A DNA stretch of 64,000 nt from Spirochaetia bacterium (GTDB lineage: Bacteria > Spirochaetota > Spirochaetia > CADAEX01): positions 102,769 through 166,768 of the forward strand of contig JAFSOR010000020.1 in the NCBI GenBank assembly GCA_017446885.1, given 5' to 3'. The notes under the pieces were generated by a model. It was given only the letters and a program-made list of their open reading frames with translations. It had not been told where the DNA came from and made no database searches. The translations under genes and the position numbers were made by a program. Positions 8,506-18,644 of the stretch are shown piece after piece. Position 1 is the stretch's first letter; the number at the start of each line of letters is the position of its first letter.

Positions 8506-10643
8506 GCAGGAGGATCATGTCTGTCTTTGTATTGTTATCTTTCCTCTTCCTGGCTGGATGCGACAACGGCTCGGTATCTGAACCTGCTGTCTCTAAATCA
8601 AGCGGTCTGGTCAAGGTCTGCCTTACTGTGGGCAGTGATTCTTCGGAACTTCAGAAGTCTGCGGCAGCTGACGGCAGCTACTGGACAAGCTTTACATATC
8701 AGTACAATGCAGTTCCCCAGTGGATAGACCCGGCAGGCACCAGAATCCATGGGGCCACAGATTGGATACCAATAAGCTATTCCGCAGGTATGAGCCTGGG
8801 ATACTATTCTCCTGGACAGTGGGTGTTCGGAATACGGATAAAAAATGGCGCCAATGTCATTTACGAAGGTTTCTCCGATGTCATAAATGTAGAGAACACC
8901 TCTGTGAATGTGGATGTTCTGGTGAGCAAGCTGGTTACCGAAGCTGTGGCCGGTTCTGTCCGCATAGCAGTTACTGCTCCTTCTGCTGTGGATGATGAGT
9001 TAAGCATCTCTTACACTGGCGATGCTGCAGGCGGTCCTTTTACAGTTGCCGCCGAAAGTGCATCGGACAGATATCCTTTTGAATATACAGTGACAGGTCT
9101 TTCTGCCGGGACTTACACCTTTACATTAGCCCATTCGGCAGGCGATATCGAGGATGATATAGAGATTGTCATGCCGGCAGGAGCTATGGCAGTGATAAGC
9201 GGCCATCTGGATAATGGAATATGGCAGCTTGGTTACACTACTGCAAATGTCTATTCTGTCAATGTCTCAACCACCGGCTCAGGCAGCGTATCTTCAAATG
9301 CATCCTCTGCAGCTGTGGGGGACAGAGTCTCTTTCCGCGTGAAACCATCGAACAACTCCAGGCTCAACTCCCTGTCTGTGACATGCGGCGGCAGCAATGT
9401 CTCCTATACCACCAGCGGAAGCCTCTATTCATTCATCATGCCCGAGGGCAATGTATCTATAAGTGCAGAATTTGAAGAGGCAGATACCGAGATTGATATA
9501 AACCACTTCAAGATTATAGTTCAGTCCATGTACGACAGCAACCCAAGTGCCACCTCTTTCGGCAGGTCCAATTCTTCCCCGACAGGTGCAGAGTATCTGG
9601 GCATAAAAGATGTGCTTGTATGGTATGATTCAGTAAATAACAAAATCTGCTGGTATTCCGAGAGCGGCAATAACACCCTTAAATTCAAGGCAGGTTCCAT
9701 GGCCAGCTTCTTCAAGGACTGTGTCAGATATGTATCTATAAGCCTGGAAGGTATGGATACCTCAGAGGTGACCAGCATGGCCAGCATGTTCGACGGCTGC
9801 AGTGCTCTGACCTCAATTGATTTGACCGGCCTGAATACTGCAGAGGTGAGAAACATGTCCAAGATGTTCTATGGCTGCATAGGGCTTACTTCGCTTGTGC
9901 TGGACACAGATAAAGATGTCAATGGAAAGTTTGTCAACTTCAATACTGCCAATGTGACAGATATGTCCTATATGTTCTCAAGTACTGCTCTTGATGGATC
10001 TGGTGCGGATACAAAGAAAATGAATATTGAGAGTCTGGATGTAAGCGGTCTTGACACTTCCAGCGTCACAAATATGAGCCATATGTTCTATCTTTGCTCC
10101 AACAGCAATCTTACAACATTGGATGTATCAGGCTTCAATACTTCAAAGGTAACAGATATGTCCTATATGTTCGCCTGCTGGAGAAATTTCCCAAGTTATG
10201 TGACAGCAGTTGACATGAGCGGCTGGGATTTCTCCAAAGTCACAACAGTAAACAGAATGTTCGACCGCTGCGAGCGGGTAGTCATATCATTCCCGACCCT
10301 CACAAAGCTGAGCAATATAGAAGATATCCTTTACTGGTTCAGCCACTGCTTTGCCATGACACCTGCACGGCTTGCAACAGTAATTGGATCATGGGACTTC
10401 TCTGGACATACCAATGTTTCTGCCCTTTCAGCACTTTTTGCAGTATGTGATGATAATAATGGTGAGGTTTCTCCAAACAACAGAATCATGACAAACGATA
10501 TGAATAACTATAAGTCAACAAGACAAGTATTTGATACTCATCAGAACAATACTGTAATCACAAAGCTTTATGTCGGTGGTAATAATCTTTCAAATGTCAG
10601 GGATCAGCGTCTTACAACTGTTCAAGATCCTTATAGCCCTTGA
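8502..10643 (+). CDS. surface lipoprotein with DUF285-type repeats (paralog of 6334..8505)
   Basis: Its start overlaps the upstream stop (ATGA). It has lipobox LAGCDNGS and the same domain order and repeat motifs. Confidence 0.75.
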   Translation: MSRRIMSVFVLLSFLFLAGCDNGSVSEPAVSKSSGLVKVCLTVGSDSSELQKSAAADGSYWTSFTYQYNAVPQWIDPAGTRIHGATDWIPISYSAGMSLGYYSPGQWVFGIRIKNGANVIYEGFSDVINVENTSVNVDVLVSKLVTEAVAGSVRIAVTAPSAVDDELSISYTGDAAGGPFTVAAESASDRYPFEYTVTGLSAGTYTFTLAHSAGDIEDDIEIVMPAGAMAVISGHLDNGIWQLGYTTANVYSVNVSTTGSGSVSSNASSAAVGDRVSFRVKPSNNSRLNSLSVTCGGSNVSYTTSGSLYSFIMPEGNVSISAEFEEADTEIDINHFKIIVQSMYDSNPSATSFGRSNSSPTGAEYLGIKDVLVWYDSVNNKICWYSESGNNTLKFKAGSMASFFKDCVRYVSISLEGMDTSEVTSMASMFDGCSALTSIDLTGLNTAEVRNMSKMFYGCIGLTSLVLDTDKDVNGKFVNFNTANVTDMSYMFSSTALDGSGADTKKMNIESLDVSGLDTSSVTNMSHMFYLCSNSNLTTLDVSGFNTSKVTDMSYMFACWRNFPSYVTAVDMSGWDFSKVTTVNRMFDRCERVVISFPTLTKLSNIEDILYWFSHCFAMTPARLATVIGSWDFSGHTNVSALSALFAVCDDNNGEVSPNNRIMTNDMNNYKSTRQVFDTHQNNTVITKLYVGGNNLSNVRDQRLTTVQDPYSP

Positions 10644-10660
10644 TGCCAGGGTTTGAGATT

Positions 10661-10879
10661 ATGGTAAGAAGAGTTTTTGCATTAACTGTTTTATGCCTCT
10701 TGTTGAGCCTATTGCTCTCCTGCGATGGTGGCTTTCCTTTCATAAGCGAAATGTGGGAAAAGTCCGGGAGTTCAAGCAGCAAGGGTACTTAGCATACAAT
10801 AATTGTCAAGGCAGAGGCGGCGGCAAAGACTTTAGGCCAGCCCGACCCGGAGTTTACCTACACAATGGTTCGCCAGTAG
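10661..10879 (+). pseudogene. decayed paralog of small lipoprotein 4122..4511 (in-frame TAG after codon 43, early stop)
   Basis: Translation MVRRVFALTVLCLLLSLLLSCDGGFPFISEMW…KGT*…VKAEAAAKTLGQPDPEFTYT… is collinear with the 4122..4511 product (LSCDDGSLVFKNEM…VKANAASKGYNSISPLPDPEFTYT). Confidence 0.6.
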
Positions 10880-10944
10880 GTTACTTTACAAACCTTTTCT
10901 CTTATGATAATTTAAAGAGAAGACTATTATAATAAGGAGACTTT

Positions 10945-11688
10945 ATGTCCGGTCATAGCAAATGGGCAAGTATCAAGCATAAAAAAGGTGCTGCAGACGC
11001 AAAGCGCGGTCAGATCTTTACAAAGATCATCAAGGAAATTACAGTTGCTGCCAAGATGGGCGGCGGCGACGAAGAGGGAAACGCACGGCTCAGGACTGCC
11101 ATACTTAAGGCAAAAGCAGCCAACATGCCAAAAGACAACATCGACAAGGCTATCAAGAAAGGTACAGGAGAGCTTGAGGGTGTTGAATACGTTGAACTCC
11201 AGTACGAAGGCTATGGTCCCGGTGGAATCGCACTCCTTATAGAGACCCTTACCGACAACAAGAACAGGACAGCAGCCGATGTCAAGAGCGTTCTTGGAAA
11301 GGGCGGCGGAAACCTGGGAACTCCGGGCAGTGTATCGCACCTGTTCAAGCGAGAGGGAATCATCTGTTTCGATGCTTCTAAATATACAGAAGATGCAGTT
11401 CTCGAGGCAGCTTTGGAGGCTGGTGCCGACGATGTTGCAACCGAGGATGACGAGATTGTTGTTAAGACAAGCCCCGAGGATTTCATGACAGTGCTCGATG
11501 CCCTTAACAAGGCTGGCTTTGAGCAGACATCTGCCGAGATAGAGCGCAATGCCATGATGCTCAAGACCCTGGATAAGGAAAAGACCGAGAAAGTTCTTAA
11601 GCTGGTAGAGCGGCTTGAAGAGCTTGACGATGTCCAGGAAGTATCGCACGACCTGGATGTTCCAGACGATTTCGAGCTGGACGACTGA
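10945..11688 (+). CDS. yebC: YebC/PmpR family transcriptional regulator
   Basis: MSGHSKWASIKHKKG… N-terminus; ~247 aa; conserved position upstream of ruvC. Confidence 0.9.
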   Translation: MSGHSKWASIKHKKGAADAKRGQIFTKIIKEITVAAKMGGGDEEGNARLRTAILKAKAANMPKDNIDKAIKKGTGELEGVEYVELQYEGYGPGGIALLIETLTDNKNRTAADVKSVLGKGGGNLGTPGSVSHLFKREGIICFDASKYTEDAVLEAALEAGADDVATEDDEIVVKTSPEDFMTVLDALNKAGFEQTSAEIERNAMMLKTLDKEKTEKVLKLVERLEELDDVQEVSHDLDVPDDFELDD

Positions 11689-11693
11689 GTCTC

Positions 11694-12176
11694 TTGAGAA
11701 TCCTAGGAATCGACCCTGGACTTGCATCCACAGGCTTTGGCATCATAGAGACTGTGGGTAATAAAATTAAATATGTTGCACATGGGGTCATAAAGACCTC
11801 GCCGGAAAAGCCGCTTGGAGAGCGGCTTTTTCATATTTATCAGGACCTGAACCAGGTCATAGATATGTATAAGCCCGACGAAGGGGGCATAGAGGCCCTG
11901 TTCTTTGCCAAGAACATAACCAGCGCCATTCCTGTGGCCCATGCTAAGGGGATTGTACATCTGGTGTTCGCACAGCACGGCATTCCACTGGGCGAATACA
12001 CCCCTATAGTGATAAAGCGAGCCGTGGTGGGCGAGGGGCGGGCCGAGAAGGCTCAGGTTCAGGAGATGGTCAAGGTGATTCTTAACCTGGATAAAGTGCC
12101 ACGGCCCGACCATGCTGCCGATGCCCTTTCTGCGGCAATATGCCATGTGAACAACAGGAGCTTTGCAAATGTTTAA
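11694..12176 (+). CDS. ruvC: Holliday junction resolvase RuvC
   Basis: ILGIDPG…; DAADALSAAI motif. Confidence 0.9.
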   Translation: MRILGIDPGLASTGFGIIETVGNKIKYVAHGVIKTSPEKPLGERLFHIYQDLNQVIDMYKPDEGGIEALFFAKNITSAIPVAHAKGIVHLVFAQHGIPLGEYTPIVIKRAVVGEGRAEKAQVQEMVKVILNLDKVPRPDHAADALSAAICHVNNRSFANV

Positions 12177-12774
12177 CAGTTTAAGCGGAACCCTTACATA
12201 CAAGGGAATAGACAATATCTACCTTTTGAATTCCTGCGGCATAGAGTGGGATATAACTGTGTCGGCCAAGACACTGCAGGCTCTGCCTCCGGTGGGGGAT
12301 GAATGCCAGGTCTACACCTACTATCTGCACACTGAGAATATGGTCAAGCTTTACGGCTTTTTCTCGAAGGATGAGCGCACCTTCTTCCTTGAGCTTAACA
12401 AGGTGAACGGCATAGGACCCAAGCAGGCCATGAAGATGCTTTCTTCCATATCTGCCAAGCAGATGGCCGATGCCCTGGACAAGGACGATGTGGCACTTTT
12501 GTCCGAGATTCCCGGCGTAGGCAAGAAGACTGCCCAGAAGCTTATGCTTGCAATGCGTGGCAAGCTGGTTATGGACGACGATATTGCAGCCGCTCCTGCC
12601 GGAAACCCTAAGTTTGCCGATATTGTTAACGCCCTTTCCGACATGGGCTTTGAGTATAAAAAGGCGCTCAAGGCAGTGGAGGAAGTTGCAAAGAATTCCG
12701 ATATTATGAATATGAAGGACGATGAGCGCGAGAAAGAGCTCTTTAAGCGCGCCATTGTATTGCTTAGCACATGA
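12163..12774 (+). CDS. ruvA: Holliday junction branch migration protein RuvA
   Basis: HhH region [12 protein letters not shown]; overlaps ruvC and ruvB. Confidence 0.9.
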   Translation: MQMFNSLSGTLTYKGIDNIYLLNSCGIEWDITVSAKTLQALPPVGDECQVYTYYLHTENMVKLYGFFSKDERTFFLELNKVNGIGPKQAMKMLSSISAKQMADALDKDDVALLSEIPGVGKKTAQKLMLAMRGKLVMDDDIAAAPAGNPKFADIVNALSDMGFEYKKALKAVEEVAKNSDIMNMKDDEREKELFKRAIVLLST

Positions 12775-13802
12775 TAGAGACAGAGAACAACGATATTTTA
12801 TCTGGCGAGATTATAGCCGAGGACAAGAAGGATTACGCCCTGCGGCCTCAGACCTTGGATGACTTCCAGGGGCAGAAGGCACTTAAGGAGAATTTAAAGA
12901 TATTCCTTAAGGCTGCAAAGGCACGTGGCGAAAGCCTTGACCACGTATTCTTAAGCGGCCCTCCGGGACTTGGAAAGACCACTCTGGCCGGAATTATTGC
13001 CCACGAGATGAACGCCGAGTTCAAGGTTACATCTGCCCCGGCTTTGGATAAGCCCAAGGACCTTGCAGGACTCCTTACCACTATATCGCCCAACACTGTC
13101 TTTTTTATAGACGAGATACACCGTCTTAAGCCTGCCATAGAAGAAATGCTCTATGTGGCCATGGAGGATTTTGAGCTTGACTGGGTTATAGGGCAGGGGC
13201 CTTCGGCCCGCTCCATAAGGCTTCCTATTCCGCCATTCACACTAGTGGGGGCAACCACCAAAAGCGGCAATGTATCAAGTCCTCTATTCAGCCGGTTTGG
13301 CATAAACATCCGCATGAACCTGTACGAAAAAGACGAGATTACCGATATCTTAAAGCGTTCTTCTGCAATCCTTGAGATAAAGATAGAAAAGTCGGCCATG
13401 GATATTCTGGCAACCTGCTGCCGCGGAACCCCCCGTGTGGCAAACCGTATCCTGCGCCGTATGCGGGACTTTGCCCAGATTTACGGCGACGATGTAATAA
13501 CAACCGAGACTGTAAGGTTTGGCCTTGAGAAACTTGAGATAGACGAGATGGGGCTTGAGGCACACGACCGTGAGCTTTTGCGCGCCATTATAGAAAAGTA
13601 TGGCGGCGGTCCGGTGGGGGCCGACACTCTGGCCATAACAATAGGGGAATCCACCGAGACACTTGAGGATTTCTACGAGCCATATTTGATACAGCAGGGC
13701 TTTATACAGCGCACCCCACGGGGCCGTGTGGCAACCCCTGCGGCATACAGACACCTTGGACTCGAGGCTCAGCTGAATGAAGACCAGCGACTTTTCCTTT
13801 GA
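12771..13802 (+). CDS. ruvB: Holliday junction helicase RuvB
   Basis: Walker [12 protein letters not shown]; AAA+ plus winged-helix C-terminus. Confidence 0.95.
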   Translation: MIETENNDILSGEIIAEDKKDYALRPQTLDDFQGQKALKENLKIFLKAAKARGESLDHVFLSGPPGLGKTTLAGIIAHEMNAEFKVTSAPALDKPKDLAGLLTTISPNTVFFIDEIHRLKPAIEEMLYVAMEDFELDWVIGQGPSARSIRLPIPPFTLVGATTKSGNVSSPLFSRFGINIRMNLYEKDEITDILKRSSAILEIKIEKSAMDILATCCRGTPRVANRILRRMRDFAQIYGDDVITTETVRFGLEKLEIDEMGLEAHDRELLRAIIEKYGGGPVGADTLAITIGESTETLEDFYEPYLIQQGFIQRTPRGRVATPAAYRHLGLEAQLNEDQRLFL

Positions 13803-14793
13803 CCTTCCGCAGGAGCTTATAGCCCAGTATCCGCCCGAAGTACGGGGTACTTCCCGCATGATGGTGCTGGACAGGGCAGGCGGCACATTCCAGGACAGGC
13901 ACATAAAAGATATTGTGGACTACTTTGGTCCAGACGATGTTATGGTTGTCAACAACACCAAGGTGCGAAAGGCCAGGCTGTACGGCAACAGCGCTACTGG
14001 AGCTAAGGTTGAGTTCTTTCTGCTAGACCCGGCAGGCGACAGGCGCTGGAGCGTTATCTGCAAGAAAAGCCGCAAGCAGACAGTGGGCAAGACTTACGAT
14101 TTTCCAGCCGGTGTTGCTGGAACAATTGTGCAGGATGACGGCGACTCCAAGATTCTTGAGTTCAGTGTATCAATAGATGACACATACCTTGACAGATATG
14201 CCCATGTCCCACTGCCACCGTACATAAAACGGAGCGACGAGGAATCAGATTCAGAGCGTTACCAGACCATATACGCCAAGGAGCTGGGCTCGGTGGCAGC
14301 CCCCACCGCAGGGCTCCACTTTACCGATTCTATACTCGATGCCATAAAGGCTAAAGGAACACAGGTACTTGAGGTTACGCTGCACGTTGGAGCCGGTACT
14401 TTCTTCCCTGTGCGCACCGAGAATATAGAAGACCACCATATGCACACCGAGTGTTACACCATATCCCAGAGCGTTGCCGATGCCCTCAACCGTGCCAAGG
14501 CTTCTGGTAAAAGGATAACTGCGGTGGGGACCACATCCATGCGCACCCTGGAGTCGGCCTGCACCGGCGGCATTATACCGGCCGGCAGCAGCTCCACATC
14601 CATATTCATTTATCCAGGCTACCAGTTCAAGTTTGTGGACAGGCTTTTCACCAATTTCCATACCCCGGAATCGACATTGCTCATGCTGGTGTCTGCCTTT
14701 GCAGGCCGGGATCTTATAATGCGCTCCTATAAACATGCTGTGGAGGAAAGATACAGGTTCTTCTCCTATGGCGATTGCATGATTATCCTATAA
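13777..14793 (+). CDS. queA: S-adenosylmethionine:tRNA ribosyltransferase-isomerase
   Basis: Typical QueA N-terminus (…YPP…R…S…M…) and length of 338 aa. Confidence 0.9.
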   Translation: MKTSDFSFDLPQELIAQYPPEVRGTSRMMVLDRAGGTFQDRHIKDIVDYFGPDDVMVVNNTKVRKARLYGNSATGAKVEFFLLDPAGDRRWSVICKKSRKQTVGKTYDFPAGVAGTIVQDDGDSKILEFSVSIDDTYLDRYAHVPLPPYIKRSDEESDSERYQTIYAKELGSVAAPTAGLHFTDSILDAIKAKGTQVLEVTLHVGAGTFFPVRTENIEDHHMHTECYTISQSVADALNRAKASGKRITAVGTTSMRTLESACTGGIIPAGSSSTSIFIYPGYQFKFVDRLFTNFHTPESTLLMLVSAFAGRDLIMRSYKHAVEERYRFFSYGDCMIIL

Positions 14794-14860
14794 ATGCTAT
14801 AATAAAGCATACAATTACTAACTGGAAAGCCTATAAAGCTGACCAAAAAGGAAGGAAATA

Positions 14861-15814
14861 ATGAAAAAATTACTATGTCTCATTCTTTGTGCAGTTGTTG
14901 CTGTATCTTCTTTTGCATCTGGCAAGAAAGAAGAGCAGAGCCTTAAGGAAATCAACATCTCCTATGTCCGCTCTCCATTCAACCTCCCTCTGATTATAAT
15001 GAAGGAAAAGGGAATGGCCGAGAAAGCATTTGGAGAGAAGGGAATCAAGGTAAACTACTACGAGATTACATCAGGTGCCAAGCAGACCGAGGCAATCGCG
15101 GCAGGCAGCCTGGACATTGCATCTGTAATCAACTCGGTCTCTGTAATCCTGGCCAACGCTGCCGGAAACCCTGTAGAGATTTTCTCTGGTTTCAGCCGGC
15201 CACAGAAGATGTTCACCATCATGACCACAAACCCTGATATTAAGACACCTGCCGACCTTAAGGGCAAGAAGATTGCAGGCCCCAAGGGAACAGTGCTCCA
15301 CGAGCTTCTGGTTGCAGCCCTGAATAAAGAGGGTATGACCATTGCCGACGTTGAGCATATAAACATGGGTATTCCAAACGCTGTACAGGCCATGCTTGCC
15401 GGCAAGGTTGACTGCGCCCTTGCTGCCGCCGCCAATGTGGTTGCTGCCGAAAAGAACGGCGCCCGCATCCTGGTTACCTGCGAAGGCTATGTCAGCCCGC
15501 TCCTTATAGCAGCATGCTCCAAGGATTTTGCAAAGAACCATCCCGATATGCTTAAGCTTTATGTTGCAACATACAAGGAGGCAAAGGGCTGGATGGAGGC
15601 AAATATGGACGAGGCCCTTGAAATTGGGGCAAAGGTTCAGGACATCTCTATAGAGGATGCAAAGAAGCTCTACGACTGGAGCAATTTTATAGAGACCCTT
15701 TCCAAGGACGACCTGAACTATCTTGACTACGACATCGGCTTTATGATGGACACCGGCATGATCGAGCAGAAGGTGGACAAGAAAGACTTTGTGAACAAGA
15801 TGGCTCTTAAATAA
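14861..15814 (+). CDS. ABC-type substrate-binding lipoprotein, NMT1/NrtA/SsuA-like (orphan)
   Basis: Signal peptide; periplasmic-binding fold of the nitrate/sulfonate/bicarbonate family; no adjacent permease or ATPase. Confidence 0.65.
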   Translation: MKKLLCLILCAVVAVSSFASGKKEEQSLKEINISYVRSPFNLPLIIMKEKGMAEKAFGEKGIKVNYYEITSGAKQTEAIAAGSLDIASVINSVSVILANAAGNPVEIFSGFSRPQKMFTIMTTNPDIKTPADLKGKKIAGPKGTVLHELLVAALNKEGMTIADVEHINMGIPNAVQAMLAGKVDCALAAAANVVAAEKNGARILVTCEGYVSPLLIAACSKDFAKNHPDMLKLYVATYKEAKGWMEANMDEALEIGAKVQDISIEDAKKLYDWSNFIETLSKDDLNYLDYDIGFMMDTGMIEQKVDKKDFVNKMALK

Positions 15815-15840
15815 AAGGACCTTAAAAAAAGTTCAAGAGG

Positions 15841-16353
15841 TCAGCTCCGGCTGGCCTCTGTCTGTTTTGCAACCTCCACGTAGTGCTTTGGGTGGGCGTG
15901 CAGGCCTGCAACTTCATCTTCTGTAAGCTGGCGCACAGCCTTTGCAGGGCTTCCGATAATCATGGAGCGTGGAGGGAACACCTTGTCCTTGGTGACAAGT
16001 GCACAGGCTCCTACAATAGATTCTTTGCCTATTACAGCACCGTCCAGTATGGTGGCACCCATTCCTATAAGGCAGTTATCCTCCACAGTGCAGCCGTGCA
16101 GAATAACGCCGTGGCCTACTGTAACGTTGTCGCCCACAGTGCATGGTGTTCCCTCCGATGTGTGCAGTATGCACAGATCCTGGATGTTGCTTCCTTTGCC
16201 TACAGTTATAGGCTCAATATCGCCCCTAAGTACTGCGCCGTACCAGATGTTGGCATCTTCCTTTATAATTACATTTCCTGTTATGACTGCATTGCCTGCT
16301 ATAAAGGCAGGTTTATCTATCTTGGGTGAAATTTCATTAAATTTTGCTATCAT
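15841..16353 (-). CDS. gamma-class carbonic anhydrase family (hexapeptide-repeat) protein
   Basis: Left-handed beta-helix hexapeptide repeats and conserved His residues typical of gamma-CA. Confidence 0.85.
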   Translation of the reverse strand: MIAKFNEISPKIDKPAFIAGNAVITGNVIIKEDANIWYGAVLRGDIEPITVGKGSNIQDLCILHTSEGTPCTVGDNVTVGHGVILHGCTVEDNCLIGMGATILDGAVIGKESIVGACALVTKDKVFPPRSMIIGSPAKAVRQLTEDEVAGLHAHPKHYVEVAKQTEASRS

Positions 16354-16432
16354 TTTTCCCTCCTGGCTAAAATTTTATCATTTATATAGGTCTTAACACT
16401 TCATTTTAATTATGATATAATTATATTTTGGA

Positions 16433-17494
16433 ATGAATAGTAACAGTTTTAGCAGAAAAGATAAAGCTATGCATACTCTCTTTGTCCTCTTATTCCTGGT
16501 TGCCGGCATTTTTTTCCTAAAGGCAACTGCGGCAGTTTTTGCACCTCTGGTCTTTTCTGTCATGATAAGCTTTATGCTGTTCCCGATTATGCAGCGTCTT
16601 GAGAGACTGCATATTCCAAGGGTTCTTGCAGTTACACTCATCATGGTTGTACTGGCAGTCATTCTTTATGTCATATTTGTAATACTTCAGAACAGCTTTA
16701 ACCTGTTCATGACCGACTATCCTCGGTACCTTAACCAGTTCCGTGACATCTACTACGATATAACTAACAAGATAATGGAAAAGTTCCAGCTTCAGGCTGC
16801 ACCCGACTTCTTTGCCGGCACCGACTGGAACAGGATGGTTCAGAATTATGTCATAAGCCTTTCAAGCACATTCACCAAGATGGCTGGATACATCTTCCTT
16901 ATCTTTATCTTCATGTTCTTCCTGTTCCTGGAATATCCATACCTTACACAGAAGATATATCAGGCATTCAGCTTCCGCGAGGCGAAGAAGTTCACAATCA
17001 TAAGTGCCCGTATCCTTAAGCTTGTAGGACGTTACTTCTTTGTAAAGACTGTGATTTCGTTCCTGACAGGTCTTGAGGTCTATATTGTCCTGACACTGCT
17101 CAAGGTCGATTTCCCGCTGGTCTGGGGCGGCATAGCGTTTGTGCTCAACTTTATTCCTACTGTCGGTTCCTCGGTAGTTGTAATTTTGATTTCTATACAG
17201 GGTACAGTTCAGTTCTATCCGAACCTTTTCATGCCTACCTTGATTTTCCTGCTCAACCTGGGAATCCAGCAGCTTATGGGTAACTTTATAGAGCCACGTA
17301 TCCAGGGGTCTAACCTCAACTTAAGCCCCGTGCTTATACTTATCTCTTTGGCATTCATGGCATGGCTCTGGGGACCTTTGGGCGCCGTACTCGCAGTTCC
17401 TGTCACTGTCATGCTGCGCGTTGTGTTCGGATACTTTGACTCCACCCGCTTCTTGAGCATACTTATGAGTACGGGTTATTCCAAAAAGAAGTGA
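16433..17494 (+). CDS. AI-2E family (PerM/UPF0118) transporter
   Basis: Multi-TM protein; C-terminal GNFIEPRIQG…LSPV…LWGPLGAVLAVP signature. Confidence 0.8.
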   Translation: MNSNSFSRKDKAMHTLFVLLFLVAGIFFLKATAAVFAPLVFSVMISFMLFPIMQRLERLHIPRVLAVTLIMVVLAVILYVIFVILQNSFNLFMTDYPRYLNQFRDIYYDITNKIMEKFQLQAAPDFFAGTDWNRMVQNYVISLSSTFTKMAGYIFLIFIFMFFLFLEYPYLTQKIYQAFSFREAKKFTIISARILKLVGRYFFVKTVISFLTGLEVYIVLTLLKVDFPLVWGGIAFVLNFIPTVGSSVVVILISIQGTVQFYPNLFMPTLIFLLNLGIQQLMGNFIEPRIQGSNLNLSPVLILISLAFMAWLWGPLGAVLAVPVTVMLRVVFGYFDSTRFLSILMSTGYSKKK

Positions 17495-18030
17495 AGCACC
17501 CCTGCCTTTACCTTTTCCTGGCATTTTTTAAAATCTCTTTCTTTACGGTTGGGGGAGGCCCTGTCATGCTGGCTGTCATGGACCAGGAGTTCCACTTGCG
17601 CCGCAAGCTGCTCTCGGACACTGCGATGAACGATATATTGGCAATCATATATTCCATGCCGGGTGCCATAGGGGTAAATGCAGCCCTGAATATAGGCTAT
17701 AAGCTTGCAGGAAAGAAGGGGAGTGCATGTGCCCTGGCCGGTGTTCTTATTCCACCAGTTGCAATAATTCTTTTTATAACCACATTTGTGGAGATGCTTA
17801 AGGGCTCGCCCCTCACCGGATATGCTTTCATAAGCATAAGAGCGGCAGTTACAGTATTTATCCTGTTTACTGTGGGCAATATGATGAAAAAGACTTTCCG
17901 TTGCTGGAAAGATGTGGTAATAGCTCTGTTTGCCTTCCTGGCAGTTGAGTTTGTTGACCTGCCTGCGGTCTATGTGGTTGCATCCTGCGGCCTTCTTGGA
18001 ATTCTTATGTACAGGGGGAGTGAGGAATGA
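17491..18030 (+). CDS. chrA: chromate transporter, short-chain CHR family, first half
   Basis: FTVGGGP motif; ~180 aa half-size ChrA. Confidence 0.8.
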   Translation: MKHPCLYLFLAFFKISFFTVGGGPVMLAVMDQEFHLRRKLLSDTAMNDILAIIYSMPGAIGVNAALNIGYKLAGKKGSACALAGVLIPPVAIILFITTFVEMLKGSPLTGYAFISIRAAVTVFILFTVGNMMKKTFRCWKDVVIALFAFLAVEFVDLPAVYVVASCGLLGILMYRGSEE

Positions 18031-18635
18031 TATACCTTATGCTCTACCTGGTGTTTGCCAAGATTGCAGTTGTTGCATTCGGGGGAGGTTATGCCAACCT
18101 GCCTATAATACAGTCCGAGCTTATGAGCCGGGGCTGGTGCACTGCCGGGCAGTTTGCCGATATTGTGGCCATAGCCCAGATGACACCTGGGCCGGTAGTA
18201 ATTAATACTGCAACCTATGTGGGCAAGACAATGGCCGGTATCCCGGGCGGCATTATAGCTACTTTGGGCTTTATAACCCCGGCAGTGCTTATAACTGTGG
18301 CAATCTACTTTTTGGCAGAAGCCCTGTCTTCTGTTAAGCTGATTAAGCATGGAATCAGGGGAATACGGGCCGGGGTGGCCGGGCTTATCCTGTGTGCAGT
18401 AATATTTTTTGTGGAGAATTCGGTCCTAAACCATGCTCTTGACCTTAACCGCCTTATCTATGATTTTTCAGGTACTGTAAAGAGCTGGAGCAGCCTGCGT
18501 CTGGTGCTTCCTGCTGTTGTTGTGCTTCTGATGAATTTATTTTTTATTAAAAAAACTCAGCTCAGTATCTATATTTGCATTATTATTTCTGTTATTATAG
18601 GTACGCCGCTTATGTATTTGTACTCATTGCTTTGA
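18027..18635 (+). CDS. chrA: chromate transporter, short-chain CHR family, second half
   Basis: FGGGYANLP and MTPGPVVIN motifs; overlaps the upstream partner. Confidence 0.8.
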   Translation: MIYLMLYLVFAKIAVVAFGGGYANLPIIQSELMSRGWCTAGQFADIVAIAQMTPGPVVINTATYVGKTMAGIPGGIIATLGFITPAVLITVAIYFLAEALSSVKLIKHGIRGIRAGVAGLILCAVIFFVENSVLNHALDLNRLIYDFSGTVKSWSSLRLVLPAVVVLLMNLFFIKKTQLSIYICIIISVIIGTPLMYLYSLL

Positions 18636-18644
18636 AAGGAGGTT

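Noticed and set aside
10927-11727. 266-aa ORF on the minus strand
   Set aside because: It lies entirely antisense to yebC, a well-conserved gene, with no RBS or homology. It is a spurious shadow ORF. The same applies to minus-strand ORFs inside fusA (22702-24018), maeB (20168-20983), secA (28963-31059), mfd (39879-41223) and others.
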